Virus record (IMG/VR): IMGVR_UViG_3300018053_000002
Coordinates: 1-64,000 of that record
Reading direction: 5' to 3' (one strand)
Length of the DNA: 64,000 bases
DNA from: a virus
Below are positions 44,743-53,548 of this stretch, piece by piece. The notes beneath the pieces were generated by a model. That model saw only the letters and a program-made list of their open reading frames with translations. It had not been told where the DNA came from and did no database searches. Positions within the stretch are counted from its first letter, which is position 1; each line of letters begins with the position of its first letter. Made by a program: the position numbers and the translations under genes.

Positions 44743-46556
44743 GCCTGCCGACGGTCATCGTCGAGGCGGCGTTCTCGGGTGGCGCATCCACCGGCTCGTA
44801 CCTACAGCTCGACGACCTCACGCGAGGAAAGCTGGACACGGCCACGCTCGGGCCCGACACGGTGTGGACCGACATCAGTGCCTATGTGCATCGGCTGGCC
44901 ATCGACCGCGGAGCCAATCGGGTCGAGTCGTCGATCCTCCGCAGTGAGGCCGGTACGTGCACCATTGACCTGAACAATAGCGATAGGCGATTCGATCCGA
45001 CCAACCTCTCCGGGCCCTACGTCTCGGCCGGGGTTACCCAGGTCACCCCGATGCGCGCAATCCGGGTACGCGCCACCTGGAACGGCGTCACGTATGACCT
45101 GTTCCGGGGTTTCGCCGATGAGTGGCACATTGACTATGACCCGCCGCGGTACTCGCTCTGCACACTGCGTTGCACCGACGCGACCAAGGTGCTGGCCAAC
45201 TACGACCGGGTTGCGGTGGGGGCAGTCGGGGGCGGGGAGGCTGCCGGCGCCAGGGTTACCCGCATTCTTGATTCGGGCTCGTGGTCGGCCTCGGACCGGT
45301 CCATCGCCACGGGCGATACCACCATGCAGGCGACCACGCTGGAGGGTCCGGTCTGGGACGAGCTGCTCCTCACTCAGGCGACCGATGTGGGCGAGATCTA
45401 TATCGATGGTGCTGGTCGGGTTGTCTACCGCAACCGCCAGGCGGCGATGGAGGACCCGCGATCGACCGGCGTGCAGGCGAGGTTTGGTGACAGTCCGGTG
45501 CCGGGCGTGCAGACGACCATCAACCTGGTCCGTAACCCGTCGGCCGAGATTGACATTGTCGGCTGGGGTGCCGGTGGCTCCGCTCCACCAGTGCCAACCC
45601 AGTCCAGTGTACGGGCCATGTTCGGCACCAAGTCAGTCCTGTATACGTGGGCCACCAACGGTCTTCTACCTTTGGCCAGCTATATAGTGACTGGGCTTGA
45701 GTTCGGTAAGACGTACACGATCAGTGTCTATGTCTATGTTCCCACCGGCTCCCCCGGCGTGTTCCTCTTCTTGCAGACCGGCCTGTCCTTTGAGGAGGGC
45801 ATAGGCACTGGAACCAACCTGAAAGATCAGTGGGTGCGGCTGACCAAGACCCATACCATTTCACCGGCCACCGGCTCGACCTGGGACATTCAGCTTTGGC
45901 CTCTCCAGACTCCGACATCTGGTGATCAGCTCTTTGTAGATGGGCTCCAGGTAGAGCTAGGTGGCAGTGCCAACATCTATTGTGACGGTGACCAGGCGTC
46001 CTCGGAGTGGGATGGTGTGGCTCACGCCTCCACGTCGCGACGTTTACCCGAGCTGCCCTATCAGGATGTTGAGATCGAGTACGACGATACGACTATCGCC
46101 AACTATGTACGGATTACCGCGGTAGGTGGTACTGAGCAGGTGGTCCAGGATGTTACGAGCCAGCAACTCTATTTGATTCACACTCACTCGCGCAGTGACC
46201 TGATCATGGAGACAGATGCGGCGGCGCTCGACTACGCCAACCTCATTCTCTACCAGTCCAAGGACCCCGAGCTGAGGTTCTCCACGCTGGATGTCATTCC
46301 CCATCGTGATGAGACGGCGTTGTACCCGCAAGTGCTCGGGCGCGAGTTCGGTGATCGCATTCGTATTGTCAGACGACCCCCCGGTGGCGGAACCATTGCG
46401 CGCGACGTGTTCATCCGTGGAGTTCGTCATGAGGTTGACAAGAGGTCCAATGCGTGGGGGACCCGCTGGACATTGCAGTCGGCCACTAAGTACGCGTTCC
46501 TCACCCTTGACCATGGGACGCTCGGGAAGCTCGATGAGAATGCGTTGGCGTACTAG
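44739..46556 (+). CDS. Minor tail/baseplate protein with inserted carbohydrate-binding-like module
   Basis: W.DIS..V...RG, L.N.D.RF.P; inserted NL..NPS.E...DG.Q.E.G domain. Confidence 0.78.
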   Translation: MSLPTVIVEAAFSGGASTGSYLQLDDLTRGKLDTATLGPDTVWTDISAYVHRLAIDRGANRVESSILRSEAGTCTIDLNNSDRRFDPTNLSGPYVSAGVTQVTPMRAIRVRATWNGVTYDLFRGFADEWHIDYDPPRYSLCTLRCTDATKVLANYDRVAVGAVGGGEAAGARVTRILDSGSWSASDRSIATGDTTMQATTLEGPVWDELLLTQATDVGEIYIDGAGRVVYRNRQAAMEDPRSTGVQARFGDSPVPGVQTTINLVRNPSAEIDIVGWGAGGSAPPVPTQSSVRAMFGTKSVLYTWATNGLLPLASYIVTGLEFGKTYTISVYVYVPTGSPGVFLFLQTGLSFEEGIGTGTNLKDQWVRLTKTHTISPATGSTWDIQLWPLQTPTSGDQLFVDGLQVELGGSANIYCDGDQASSEWDGVAHASTSRRLPELPYQDVEIEYDDTTIANYVRITAVGGTEQVVQDVTSQQLYLIHTHSRSDLIMETDAAALDYANLILYQSKDPELRFSTLDVIPHRDETALYPQVLGREFGDRIRIVRRPPGGGTIARDVFIRGVRHEVDKRSNAWGTRWTLQSATKYAFLTLDHGTLGKLDENALAY

Positions 46557-46909
46557 TGGGCCATAAGTGCTCACCGTCTGGCGACCATCCGAAGGTTCCC
46601 AGAGTTGGTGACGCGGTTCTGTTTGTTCCTGAGTGTTACGGCGTTCCTCGGCTGGTTGTCGTGGTCATGGTCCACATGCAGGACATGGAAGACCTGAATG
46701 TGTGGCGATGGCGAACCGACCCGTCGACCGGTCAACCGACCCTTGTTGTTGACCAGAATGGTCAGCCGGTACCGGTCGAGTGGCCTAATCCAAATCTTGA
46801 GCTACTTGACGATGACGGCAATACCCACATGACGCGGCAAATTCGATACCGAGGCTCGCCGGGCTGGACCTGGCCCCTCTCTCTGGGAGGAGTAACAGGT
46901 GGCCTTTAA
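46556..46909 (+). CDS. Hypothetical protein
   Basis: Fills gap, overlap-coupled. Confidence 0.5.
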   Translation: MGHKCSPSGDHPKVPRVGDAVLFVPECYGVPRLVVVVMVHMQDMEDLNVWRWRTDPSTGQPTLVVDQNGQPVPVEWPNPNLELLDDDGNTHMTRQIRYRGSPGWTWPLSLGGVTGGL

Positions 46910-47486
46910 AACATTCACTGTCGGTGAGGTTCTGACTGCCAGCGATGTCAATACCCACTTGATGAAGCAGGCCGTCATCGTCTGCACATCGGGCACCCGG
47001 CCAGGCTCACCGGTCGAGGGCATGACGATCTATGAGACTGACACCAACGAGTTGCTCATTTACGACGGAGCCGCGTGGGTCCTAGTGACGCCCATTGACG
47101 CCTGGACCACCTATGTGCCGGTATGGTCATCGAACGGAACTCAGCCCGCAATCGGCAACGGAACGATCACCGGTGCTTCTATCCAGCATGGTAAGACGGT
47201 GCATGTCCGGGGCCAGATCACGATGGGTTCGACGACCACGTTCGGCACCGGCTCCTATCTTGTGACAGTCCCGATTGCATGCACCGCTGGTTCCCAAGCC
47301 CAGACCGTGGCCGTGACTTTCTACTTCGATACGGGGACGGCTAACCGGGGCGGTATGGCGGTCTTCACTAACTCGACGACGCTCCAACTGGTCACCGCGG
47401 CTGGGGGCGATGTCACCAATCTCGTGCCTCAGACGTGGGCCAACGGCGACAACATCCGGTGGTCTATTATCTACGAGATCGCGTAA
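46899..47486 (+). CDS. Minor tail/fibre protein
   Basis: F..GEVLTA.D.N; RP..P.EGM..YETDT; W..Y.P.W; G..V. Confidence 0.78.
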   Translation: MAFKTFTVGEVLTASDVNTHLMKQAVIVCTSGTRPGSPVEGMTIYETDTNELLIYDGAAWVLVTPIDAWTTYVPVWSSNGTQPAIGNGTITGASIQHGKTVHVRGQITMGSTTTFGTGSYLVTVPIACTAGSQAQTVAVTFYFDTGTANRGGMAVFTNSTTLQLVTAAGGDVTNLVPQTWANGDNIRWSIIYEIA

Positions 47487-48334
47487 TGGCCCTACCGGTT
47501 CACTCGATCACGTGGCCAGTGGTGGTGGTTGGGCGAAGCAATGGTGAGCTGCCAGCCAGCATCCTCGTTGACACCCCTGGTCAGGCGGGTGGGCCGATCG
47601 TTCGGCTGGTGGCACCGGCGGCGCGGGCGTGGCGGGCCCTGAGCGGTACTGCGCTCGCCGCTGGTCATGTCCTCAAGGCTACGAGTTTGTCGGACTCCTA
47701 CCGCACGCTCAGCGTCCAGGAAGTCATCTTCTGCCAGCGGTACACGACCACGTTCCTGCCTGACCGGCCGTACCGGACCTGGGAGGGCCAGCGCTGGTAC
47801 CAGAAGCCGGGTACGGCCGTGGCCGCAGTGCCCGGAATGAGTAATCACGGGTGGGGTGTCGCGGTCGATGTGGGTGAGGAACGCGACGGTGACGTCGGTA
47901 CCGAGTCGATCGACGCTGCCACGTTGGCCTGGCTGGTCGCGAATGAGAGCCGGTTCGGCTGGTCTCACGAGGTTCAGTCCGAACCCTGGCATATCCGCTA
48001 CTGGAGCGGTGACACCACCCCACCCGCAGTCCTGGCCTTTGAGAAGGAGCCTGACGTGCTATTGACCGACAAGCTTGCTAGCGGCATGACGGTGGGCGGC
48101 GCGCTCGACACGTTACTGGTCCGCACCAATTACCTGACCAACGTGCTTGGGCTGGCCGGGCGCCTCGATGCCATTCTCGCTGCGGCTCAGGACGACGGGA
48201 ACGTGACGGTTGTTGCGGACCCGACTGTTGTAACCGAGTTGCAGGCCATTCGTGATGCGCTCGCCGCGGTACCCACTGCCGAGGAAACCGCTCAGGCGGT
48301 AGTCGATGAAGAGGCCACTCGGTTAGTCGACTGA
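47486..48334 (+). CDS. Endolysin, M15 (VanY-like) peptidase
   Basis: SYR...Q; A.PG.SNHGWG.A.D; E.WH. Confidence 0.88.
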   Translation: MALPVHSITWPVVVVGRSNGELPASILVDTPGQAGGPIVRLVAPAARAWRALSGTALAAGHVLKATSLSDSYRTLSVQEVIFCQRYTTTFLPDRPYRTWEGQRWYQKPGTAVAAVPGMSNHGWGVAVDVGEERDGDVGTESIDAATLAWLVANESRFGWSHEVQSEPWHIRYWSGDTTPPAVLAFEKEPDVLLTDKLASGMTVGGALDTLLVRTNYLTNVLGLAGRLDAILAAAQDDGNVTVVADPTVVTELQAIRDALAAVPTAEETAQAVVDEEATRLVD

Positions 48335-48387
48335 AAGGCACGCCGCCGACGCGGCTGAATAGCTACCCGAGAATGGGGGGGGAGAAC

Positions 48388-48798
48388 GTGGAAACTATCG
48401 TCGTCGCTCTGATCGTTGCCGCCGCCGCAGTCATTGGGCCGCTGCTGGTAGCCCGCCAGCGGGACAAGCGCCTTGATCGGAAGCTGGAGCAGAACAACAA
48501 ACGGCTAGACGCCATCGGGCAGGTTGCATCGACCACCCTCGAAAAGGTCAGGACCGTCGAGAGACATACCGACGGAACCCTCACCGCCGCCTTCCGTGCT
48601 GAACTCGCGGCCGTTGACGCGCAGGCTGCCGCCATGCGCAGACCGGCACCGGACACGTGGGCGGCGATCCAAGCCACCGAAGCCCGAGCTGAGGTGTTGC
48701 GCCGCAACCTCGCCGAGCGGGAGAGGGCAACTGCTGCGGCCCAGAAGCTTATTGCCAATGGTGCGCAGGACGTCGAGGGTCCCGGTGAGCCGGGCTGA
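48388..48798 (+). CDS. Membrane protein of the lysis cassette
   Basis: N-terminal TM helix plus coiled coil. Confidence 0.7.
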   Translation: METIVVALIVAAAAVIGPLLVARQRDKRLDRKLEQNNKRLDAIGQVASTTLEKVRTVERHTDGTLTAAFRAELAAVDAQAAAMRRPAPDTWAAIQATEARAEVLRRNLAERERATAAAQKLIANGAQDVEGPGEPG

Positions 48799-49163
48799 TG
48801 TATACCTATGCCGCCACCGTAGTCAGAGTGGTCGATGGCGACTCGATCATTGTTGACCTGGACCTGGGTCGGCGGATCTGGGTACGTGACGCGCCACATC
48901 GGTTGGCTGGTATAGCCGCACGTGAGCTGAAGATGCCCGGCGGCGTCGAGGCCCGGAACAACCTGTCCACCCTGTTGCCGGTCGGTGCTCTGGTGACGCT
49001 GCGGTCGCTGAGACCCTACAAGTACGGCGACTCCTACATGGCACAGATCACCCTGTCCGACGGGACCGACCTGTGTAACCGGCTCATCGCTGACGGCTGG
49101 GCTCTGCCATGGGACGGGCGTGGTTCACAACCCGTTCCGTCATGGCCGCTGGCGCCTGTCTAG
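48798..49163 (+). CDS. Thermonuclease (SNase-like) family protein
   Basis: RVVDGD, RL.GI.A.E, KYG; some catalytic positions deviate. Confidence 0.8.
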   Translation: MYTYAATVVRVVDGDSIIVDLDLGRRIWVRDAPHRLAGIAARELKMPGGVEARNNLSTLLPVGALVTLRSLRPYKYGDSYMAQITLSDGTDLCNRLIADGWALPWDGRGSQPVPSWPLAPV

Positions 49164-49210
49164 TTCTCCGGCGCATCGCATTGGTGGTCGGACTCAGATA
49201 AGGAGAAATC

Positions 49211-49360
49211 ATGTTAGCGATCCTGGCTCTGTTGGCGTTCGTGTTGGCACTTTTCCATGCCCACTTTGCCAGCATCGACTTCGTTGTCCTCGGCCTTTGT
49301 TTCGTGGCCGCGCACCTGGCCTTTAGCATCGGCTTGACACCGTGGCGACGCGGCGGCTAA
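49211..49360 (+). CDS. 49-aa two-TM membrane protein
   Basis: AGGAG RBS; MLAILALLAFVLALFH...LGLCFVAAHLAF. Confidence 0.7.
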   Translation: MLAILALLAFVLALFHAHFASIDFVVLGLCFVAAHLAFSIGLTPWRRGG

Positions 49361-49899
49361 ACCGCAGGGCTGTCATCACCGGCGCGTTTCTGACCGTCAC
49401 CGTCACGGCCGTCGGCATGGAGGTGTGGTTCGCCACTGATAGCGACCCGGACACCCTCCCATGGACCACGCTCCTAGTTGACAACGTGCCCGGTCCGATC
49501 ATCCTTGCCGCCGTCGCGGTACTGACGTCGTGGATCGGGCCGCACTTCATCGAGGCCATCGCCAAACGAAAGGCCCGAACCATGAGCGCAGAAACCGTCA
49601 CCGTCCCGGCAACCCCGGAGGCTGGGGCCCCGCGCGAGCCCCTGTTCGGCGTGGGATGGATCACTGCCGTGGCAGCCGCCGCGCTCAGTTTGGCCGTGGC
49701 GTTCGGCATGGAGTTGACCGAGAAGCAGACTGGGGCCGTGCTCACGTTGGTCGCGCTTGTCGGGCCGGGGATCGTGGTGCTGGTGGGGCGGCGCAAGGTG
49801 TATGCCCCGGCGACCGTGCGGACGATGGTGGTCGACGCGGCCAACAATTTGCAGCCCGGCCAGACCCGCCCTGAGACGGTGGACGTGCCGGCGCCGTGA
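49342..49899 (+). CDS. Holin-like multi-TM protein
   Basis: 4 TM; REP...LAVAFG..LT..Q holin-type C-terminal half. Confidence 0.65.
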   Translation: MATRRLNRRAVITGAFLTVTVTAVGMEVWFATDSDPDTLPWTTLLVDNVPGPIILAAVAVLTSWIGPHFIEAIAKRKARTMSAETVTVPATPEAGAPREPLFGVGWITAVAAAALSLAVAFGMELTEKQTGAVLTLVALVGPGIVVLVGRRKVYAPATVRTMVVDAANNLQPGQTRPETVDVPAP

Positions 49900-50110
49900 T
49901 CGTCCCCTTTTGATACCCTCACGTGGAGGGGTAGTCGACGCCGCTCTGGCACGGGTGGATCCGTGACCTCTGGCCCCAGGGCCTCACCCTCCAGGCAAGA
50001 GGTCCCGGGCGCGTCGACTACCTCTCCTCGTTTGGGCTCGTACTTCCCGCATCGAGCTGGGACAGCCCAACTGCCCGGGATGGGCAGCTCTCCGAGATGG
50101 AGATGGCGTG

Positions 50111-50356
50111 ATGCCAAAAGAGATCATCTACGACAGTGCCGGGATGTATGACGCGGTTGTGGGCTGGAGCCCTGACCAGTACGTGCAGGTCGGCATCCAG
50201 ACTCACAGTGGCCGAACGTTGGCCGAGACACTCGGGGCCGGTGACAACCCGGCTCAGTTCACCGGACTGTGGGGCACCTTCGATCGGGACGGCCTCAACC
50301 GACTGATCAAAATGCTCCGTCATGCACGTGAGGCCGCGTACGGCAAGGACGAATAG
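50111..50356 (+). CDS. Hypothetical protein (VGW...VQVG...NRLI..LR.AR...G.DE)
   Basis: Last gene before the terminator; motif-like. Confidence 0.7.
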   Translation: MPKEIIYDSAGMYDAVVGWSPDQYVQVGIQTHSGRTLAETLGAGDNPAQFTGLWGTFDRDGLNRLIKMLRHAREAAYGKDE

Positions 50357-50437
50357 ACCGTGCGGACGGCGCTGTAAACCGGATGGTCCGTACCCCACGG
50401 TCGGCAGACATCACCGGGTCATGGTCGATACAACGAA

Positions 50438-50484
50438 AAGGGCCCCGTTTCCGCCATCGCTGGTGGAAACGGGGCCCTTCTTTT
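50438..50484. terminator. Bidirectional intrinsic terminator
   Basis: 19-bp stem AAGGGCCCCGTTTCCGCCA/TGGTGGAAACGGGGCCCTT with T-tail; convergent genes. Confidence 0.85.
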
Positions 50485-50490
50485 GTGCGC

Positions 50491-50703
50491 CTACTCGACG
50501 GTCTCGAATCTGAACGAGCCAACCGTGTTGCCGTTGGCGTCTTGCAGTGTGAGTTCCGCTGGGTCCACCGTCCACTTGGCGTACTTCGGGTCCGCGACCT
50601 TCTTGGCAGCTTCCCGCAGTATCCGTGCGACTTCCTTCTCCAGGTCCGGCTCAAATGCTGCGTTGTCACAGGCAATCTCCAGCCAGAACTTCATGGTCCT
50701 CAT
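50491..50703 (-). CDS. Hypothetical protein (NAAF...E.ARIL...D.NGN.VG)
   Basis: Strong RBS; phage early-gene motif. Confidence 0.75.
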   Translation of the reverse strand: MRTMKFWLEIACDNAAFEPDLEKEVARILREAAKKVADPKYAKWTVDPAELTLQDANGNTVGSFRFETVE

Positions 50704-50791
50704 CCCTCTCCTAAGTGCTCCCGGTACAGTTGCCGGGCCCGTGGCCGGGGCGGGACTCGAACCCGCCCTGTGTGCCTCCTCGGCCAACCTC

Positions 50792-50986
50792 TTACAGGTT
50801 GAGGTGAACCTTGACGTCTTTAACCTCAGCGAGGCCACCCCACTTCGGCTGCCGTAGGTACTGCTCGTGGTCCCTCAGATCACTGAGTGCCTGTTCCAGA
50901 GACCTGGCGGCGCTGGTGGTGCCGTATTCCTTGGTCCATTCGTCGAGGTCCAGCTCCACGTCGAGTGTCACCGTGAACCGTGCCAT
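50792..50986 (-). CDS. Hypothetical protein
   Basis: AGGAAGAAGGA RBS. Confidence 0.7.
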   Translation of the reverse strand: MARFTVTLDVELDLDEWTKEYGTTSAARSLEQALSDLRDHEQYLRQPKWGGLAEVKDVKVHLNL

Positions 50987-51078
50987 GGTGATCCTTCTTC
51001 CTCTCTTGGGCCCCTAACCGGGGGCGGCCGGACGGGACTCGAACCCGCCTGTGTGCCGCTCGGCCGACCTTGCGCGTC

Positions 51079-51708
51079 CTACTCCACGGAGATCAGTTCT
51101 GCTCCGTCCAGCTTTCGCAGCTCACCAACCAGGTTGGCGGTGTAGCCCTCGCTCGCGTTGGCGGTCTTCGCGATCTGCTTGATCGTCCAGTCCGGGTGCT
51201 TGCTGAGAAGCTGGGCAACCAGTTCCTTCTTCTTCAGGATCGTGGCGGGTTTCGGCTCCGACTTCGGCAGCCGGATGGCGAGACCTGTAGCTGCTGCTTC
51301 CAGCTCAGCGATCCGGTCGTTCAACTCGAAGACCGAGACCGAGGCAATGATCATCAGGCCGTCGATCAGGCCCGGCAGGATCGTTGCCGCCTGCCAGTCT
51401 TCGGTGTAACGGAGAACTGCTGAACGCTGGTGCCTGTAGCTCAGGTACGCCGCTCCGGCAGCGAGTCCGAACGTCACGATGGGACGGACCCACCGTCGAT
51501 ACCAGGGCCGGTCCTTGAGAATCGGGATCCGACTGACCAGTTCCCACGCACCGATGACGATGAGCGGGGGCGCTGCGGCGAAGAGGACGGGAACAGTACC
51601 CGGCTTCGCGTGTAGGACGTTGGCCCAGATCGAGAACCCCGCGGCGGCCAGAACGACCGCTCGACAGGCCCACAACAACCAGACCAACTTGTTGCGCTCT
51701 TTGTTCAT
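51079..51708 (-). CDS. DUF2637/SpdA-like membrane protein with C-terminal HTH
   Basis: 4 TM, S..NV.HA, PP...EL, LSY.H, P..IDGL; basic HTH tail. Confidence 0.75.
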   Translation of the reverse strand: MNKERNKLVWLLWACRAVVLAAAGFSIWANVLHAKPGTVPVLFAAAPPLIVIGAWELVSRIPILKDRPWYRRWVRPIVTFGLAAGAAYLSYRHQRSAVLRYTEDWQAATILPGLIDGLMIIASVSVFELNDRIAELEAAATGLAIRLPKSEPKPATILKKKELVAQLLSKHPDWTIKQIAKTANASEGYTANLVGELRKLDGAELISVE

Positions 51709-52155
51709 GGCCCCTCCTCGGGGAACGAACGGGTTGCGCTTTTGCGCGTGGCTCCGGGAGGGGTCGAACCTCCTCCGGGCGTTCCCGCCTCAGGCGCGAC
51801 TCGTGATGGTCGCAGCGCTGATTGATTACGTGCCTGACGCACGATTGACGTTCACGCCAGATGCAGCCGGCGTAACGAAGCCATGGGCCCATCTCAACTC
51901 CGGTCGCGCTCGGGCGCGGTGTCGGGAGGAGTCGGGCTGTAATTCTGTGTGAGGGGGTGCAGGGCTTGTATCCTGCTAGCTCGGTCCTATCGCCGCAACA
52001 CGTGGATCTGGTTCTGTGCGGCTTCCGTCTCCCCTTCGCTGCACCGACGGGTCTCGAACCACGTCGACACGCCTGCCGGCGCGCCATGCCGGGCTTCCAG
52101 CTTCACCAAACGCTGGCGGTGCAATGGTAACCGGTGGCCTCCCCAGGATGACCGG

Positions 52156-52458
52156 TCATAGCCCGCAGGCGGGGCAGTCGTACAAGGTACCTGCTTCGTG
52201 TGGGTAGTCCGCGTGGACTCTATCCAGTGAGATCCAGCCGAGGCCGTAATGCCACTGCATCAGGTATGGACCCTCGCGGACGTGGTCGGCGGCGGGCTCG
52301 GTCTCGTGAGCCTCAGTCGGTTCGCCATAGTCCCACTGCGCTAAATGCGCCATGGTCTTGGCCACGCTCTCGGCCGTGGTCCAGCCGTCAACGTAGAGCA
52401 TGTCGAGAGCCTCGTTCGCGTCATCGCCCTGCATGAAGATGATCGTTTCCGTGAGCAT
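52156..52458 (-). CDS. Hypothetical protein (F.QGD.A.E.L...L.QWDYG)
   Basis: GAAGGGAG RBS; C-terminal H..CPAC. Confidence 0.7.
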   Translation of the reverse strand: MLTETIIFMQGDDANEALDMLYVDGWTTAESVAKTMAHLAQWDYGEPTEAHETEPAADHVREGPYLMQWHYGLGWISLDRVHADYPHEAGTLYDCPACGL

Positions 52459-52541
52459 CTCCGTGCTCCCTTCTTCCCCTCGGATGAGGGTAGTGGGTGC
52501 CGGGGCCTTGAATCCCGGTGGCTGCCAGTCACCCTCCTTGC

Positions 52542-52730
52542 TCAGACGTACGGTCGGAATTTGGCGGGTAGTCCTGCACGTTTCCGGGCTTCGCTCACCT
52601 GCGCCACAGTCCATGAGGACTGACACGTGCATTCGTCAACCGCTCCACATCCCTTGCGGGTGTGCCGTTCCAACAGGTGCCCGCACTCGCTACATTCCAC
52701 GTAACCGTCGGACAACGCGGTGTCGTTCAT
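52542..52730 (-). CDS. Small Cys/His Zn-binding protein
   Basis: CSECGH...H...C...CTC; GGAGGGAG RBS. Confidence 0.7.
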   Translation of the reverse strand: MNDTALSDGYVECSECGHLLERHTRKGCGAVDECTCQSSWTVAQVSEARKRAGLPAKFRPYV

Positions 52731-52759
52731 GTGTCGGTCTCCCTCCGACGTGCCCGGTC

Positions 52760-53247
52760 TGGCCGGGGTAGTGCTGTGTACGGGGGTCGAACCCGCCTAC
52801 TCGAATCGACTGACCTGCGGTGGTCGTACCCGCCCGCGACCCGGTGCTACCGGCGACAGCATTGGTGGTCCGAGAGAGGCTCAGCTTGTACGGATCGCCC
52901 GGACTCACACCGGGGGCTGTGATCTCTACCCTTTCGACCGGCGCGGACTCACACCGCTTCCGTGGCGGCCGGTGGCCGCTCTACGTCACAAATCAGGCCC
53001 CGGACTCTCACCGGCTTTGGATCGTTTCTGCCCGTCTTGGGTCTGGCCTCTCTCGGACTCGTGGGGGCGGGCTGACCTGCACAGCCTGTAGGACTGCGGC
53101 CGGCAGCGTGTAAATGCCGAACCTGCTAGCGCCCCTCAGTCTTTGCTATTCGGTGCTCCAGTCGGGCTGTTTCACTTCCCGGGTCCGCGCCTGCCACAAT
53201 GGGTAAAGGTCTCGCTCGCCCTTGGTGTCCCGCTATCCACTTGTCCT
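52760..53247 (-). ncRNA. Candidate large structured ncRNA / 5' leader
   Basis: No convincing ORF; nested stems 52829-52835/53065-53071 and 52868-52880/53046-53058 enclosing three GGTG[TA]GAGTCC hairpins; downstream of a TATACT -10. Confidence 0.55.
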
Positions 53248-53253
53248 GCACCT

Positions 53254-53274
53254 AGTATAGCATCCATGGATGCT
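53254..53274 (-). promoter_or_regulatory. Leftward promoter -10 (TATACT) with adjacent perfect palindrome AGCATCCATGGATGCT (operator)
   Basis: AGTATA at 53254-53259; palindrome at 53259-53274. Confidence 0.65.
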
Positions 53275-53318
53275 GGATTATTCCCGGGCACGCCAAGGTG
53301 CTGTCAGATCAAGGACAG

Positions 53319-53510
53319 TTAGCGGCGGGGAAGCTGCGGGCGTTCGGCCAGCCAGGTCTTCGCGGTGGACGGCCACCAGTAGGGGCGGACGTACTGGCCA
53401 TCAATGTCACGACCGTCGGGCTCGGGCAGGTGCGCATGGCTGAGCGAGGTTATCTTGATCCCTGCCAGCTCGGCCATGTCTGCTCGGTAGAGCTTCCGAC
53501 GAGGTGCCAT
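53319..53510 (-). CDS. Small HTH regulator (AlpA/MerR-like; LPEPDG...P.W...T...W...RP)
   Basis: Motif typical of actinophage regulators; probably leaderless (TAAGCT -10, 7 nt upstream of ATG). Confidence 0.72.
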   Translation of the reverse strand: MAPRRKLYRADMAELAGIKITSLSHAHLPEPDGRDIDGQYVRPYWWPSTAKTWLAERPQLPRR

Positions 53511-53512
53511 GG

Positions 53513-53542
53513 TTGTCAGCTTAGCATCCATGGGTGCATACT
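53513..53542 (+). promoter_or_regulatory. Divergent promoter TTGTCA-N18-CATACT overlapping second operator AGCATCCATGGGTGCA
   Basis: -35 at 53513, -10 at 53537, ATG at 53549 (leaderless spacing); operator at 53523-53538. Confidence 0.6.
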
Positions 53543-53548
53543 GCGAGC

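Larger units (their letters stand above)
50742..52800 (-). repeat. Five dispersed intergenic tRNA-T-arm-like elements (50742-50786, 51025-51066, 51754-51778, 52495-52534, 52778-52800)
   Basis: Stem-TTCRA loop-stem hairpins; first two share YGGCCG-AG..GGCACACA-GGCGGG-TTCGAGT-CCCG..CGGCCR. Confidence 0.75.

Noticed and set aside
49211-49360. Second Ubl candidate (ends RRGG)
   Set aside because: Almost entirely transmembrane and too short for a beta-grasp fold.
50742-51066. GGTTCGAGTCC elements as real tRNA genes or attP
   Set aside because: They lack D and anticodon arms, recur at gene boundaries and have no nearby integrase; reported as tRNA-like elements instead.
51790-52155. Gene(s) between the DUF2637-like gene and 52156
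   Set aside because: Only short or conflicting frames; no start/stop pair could be supported.
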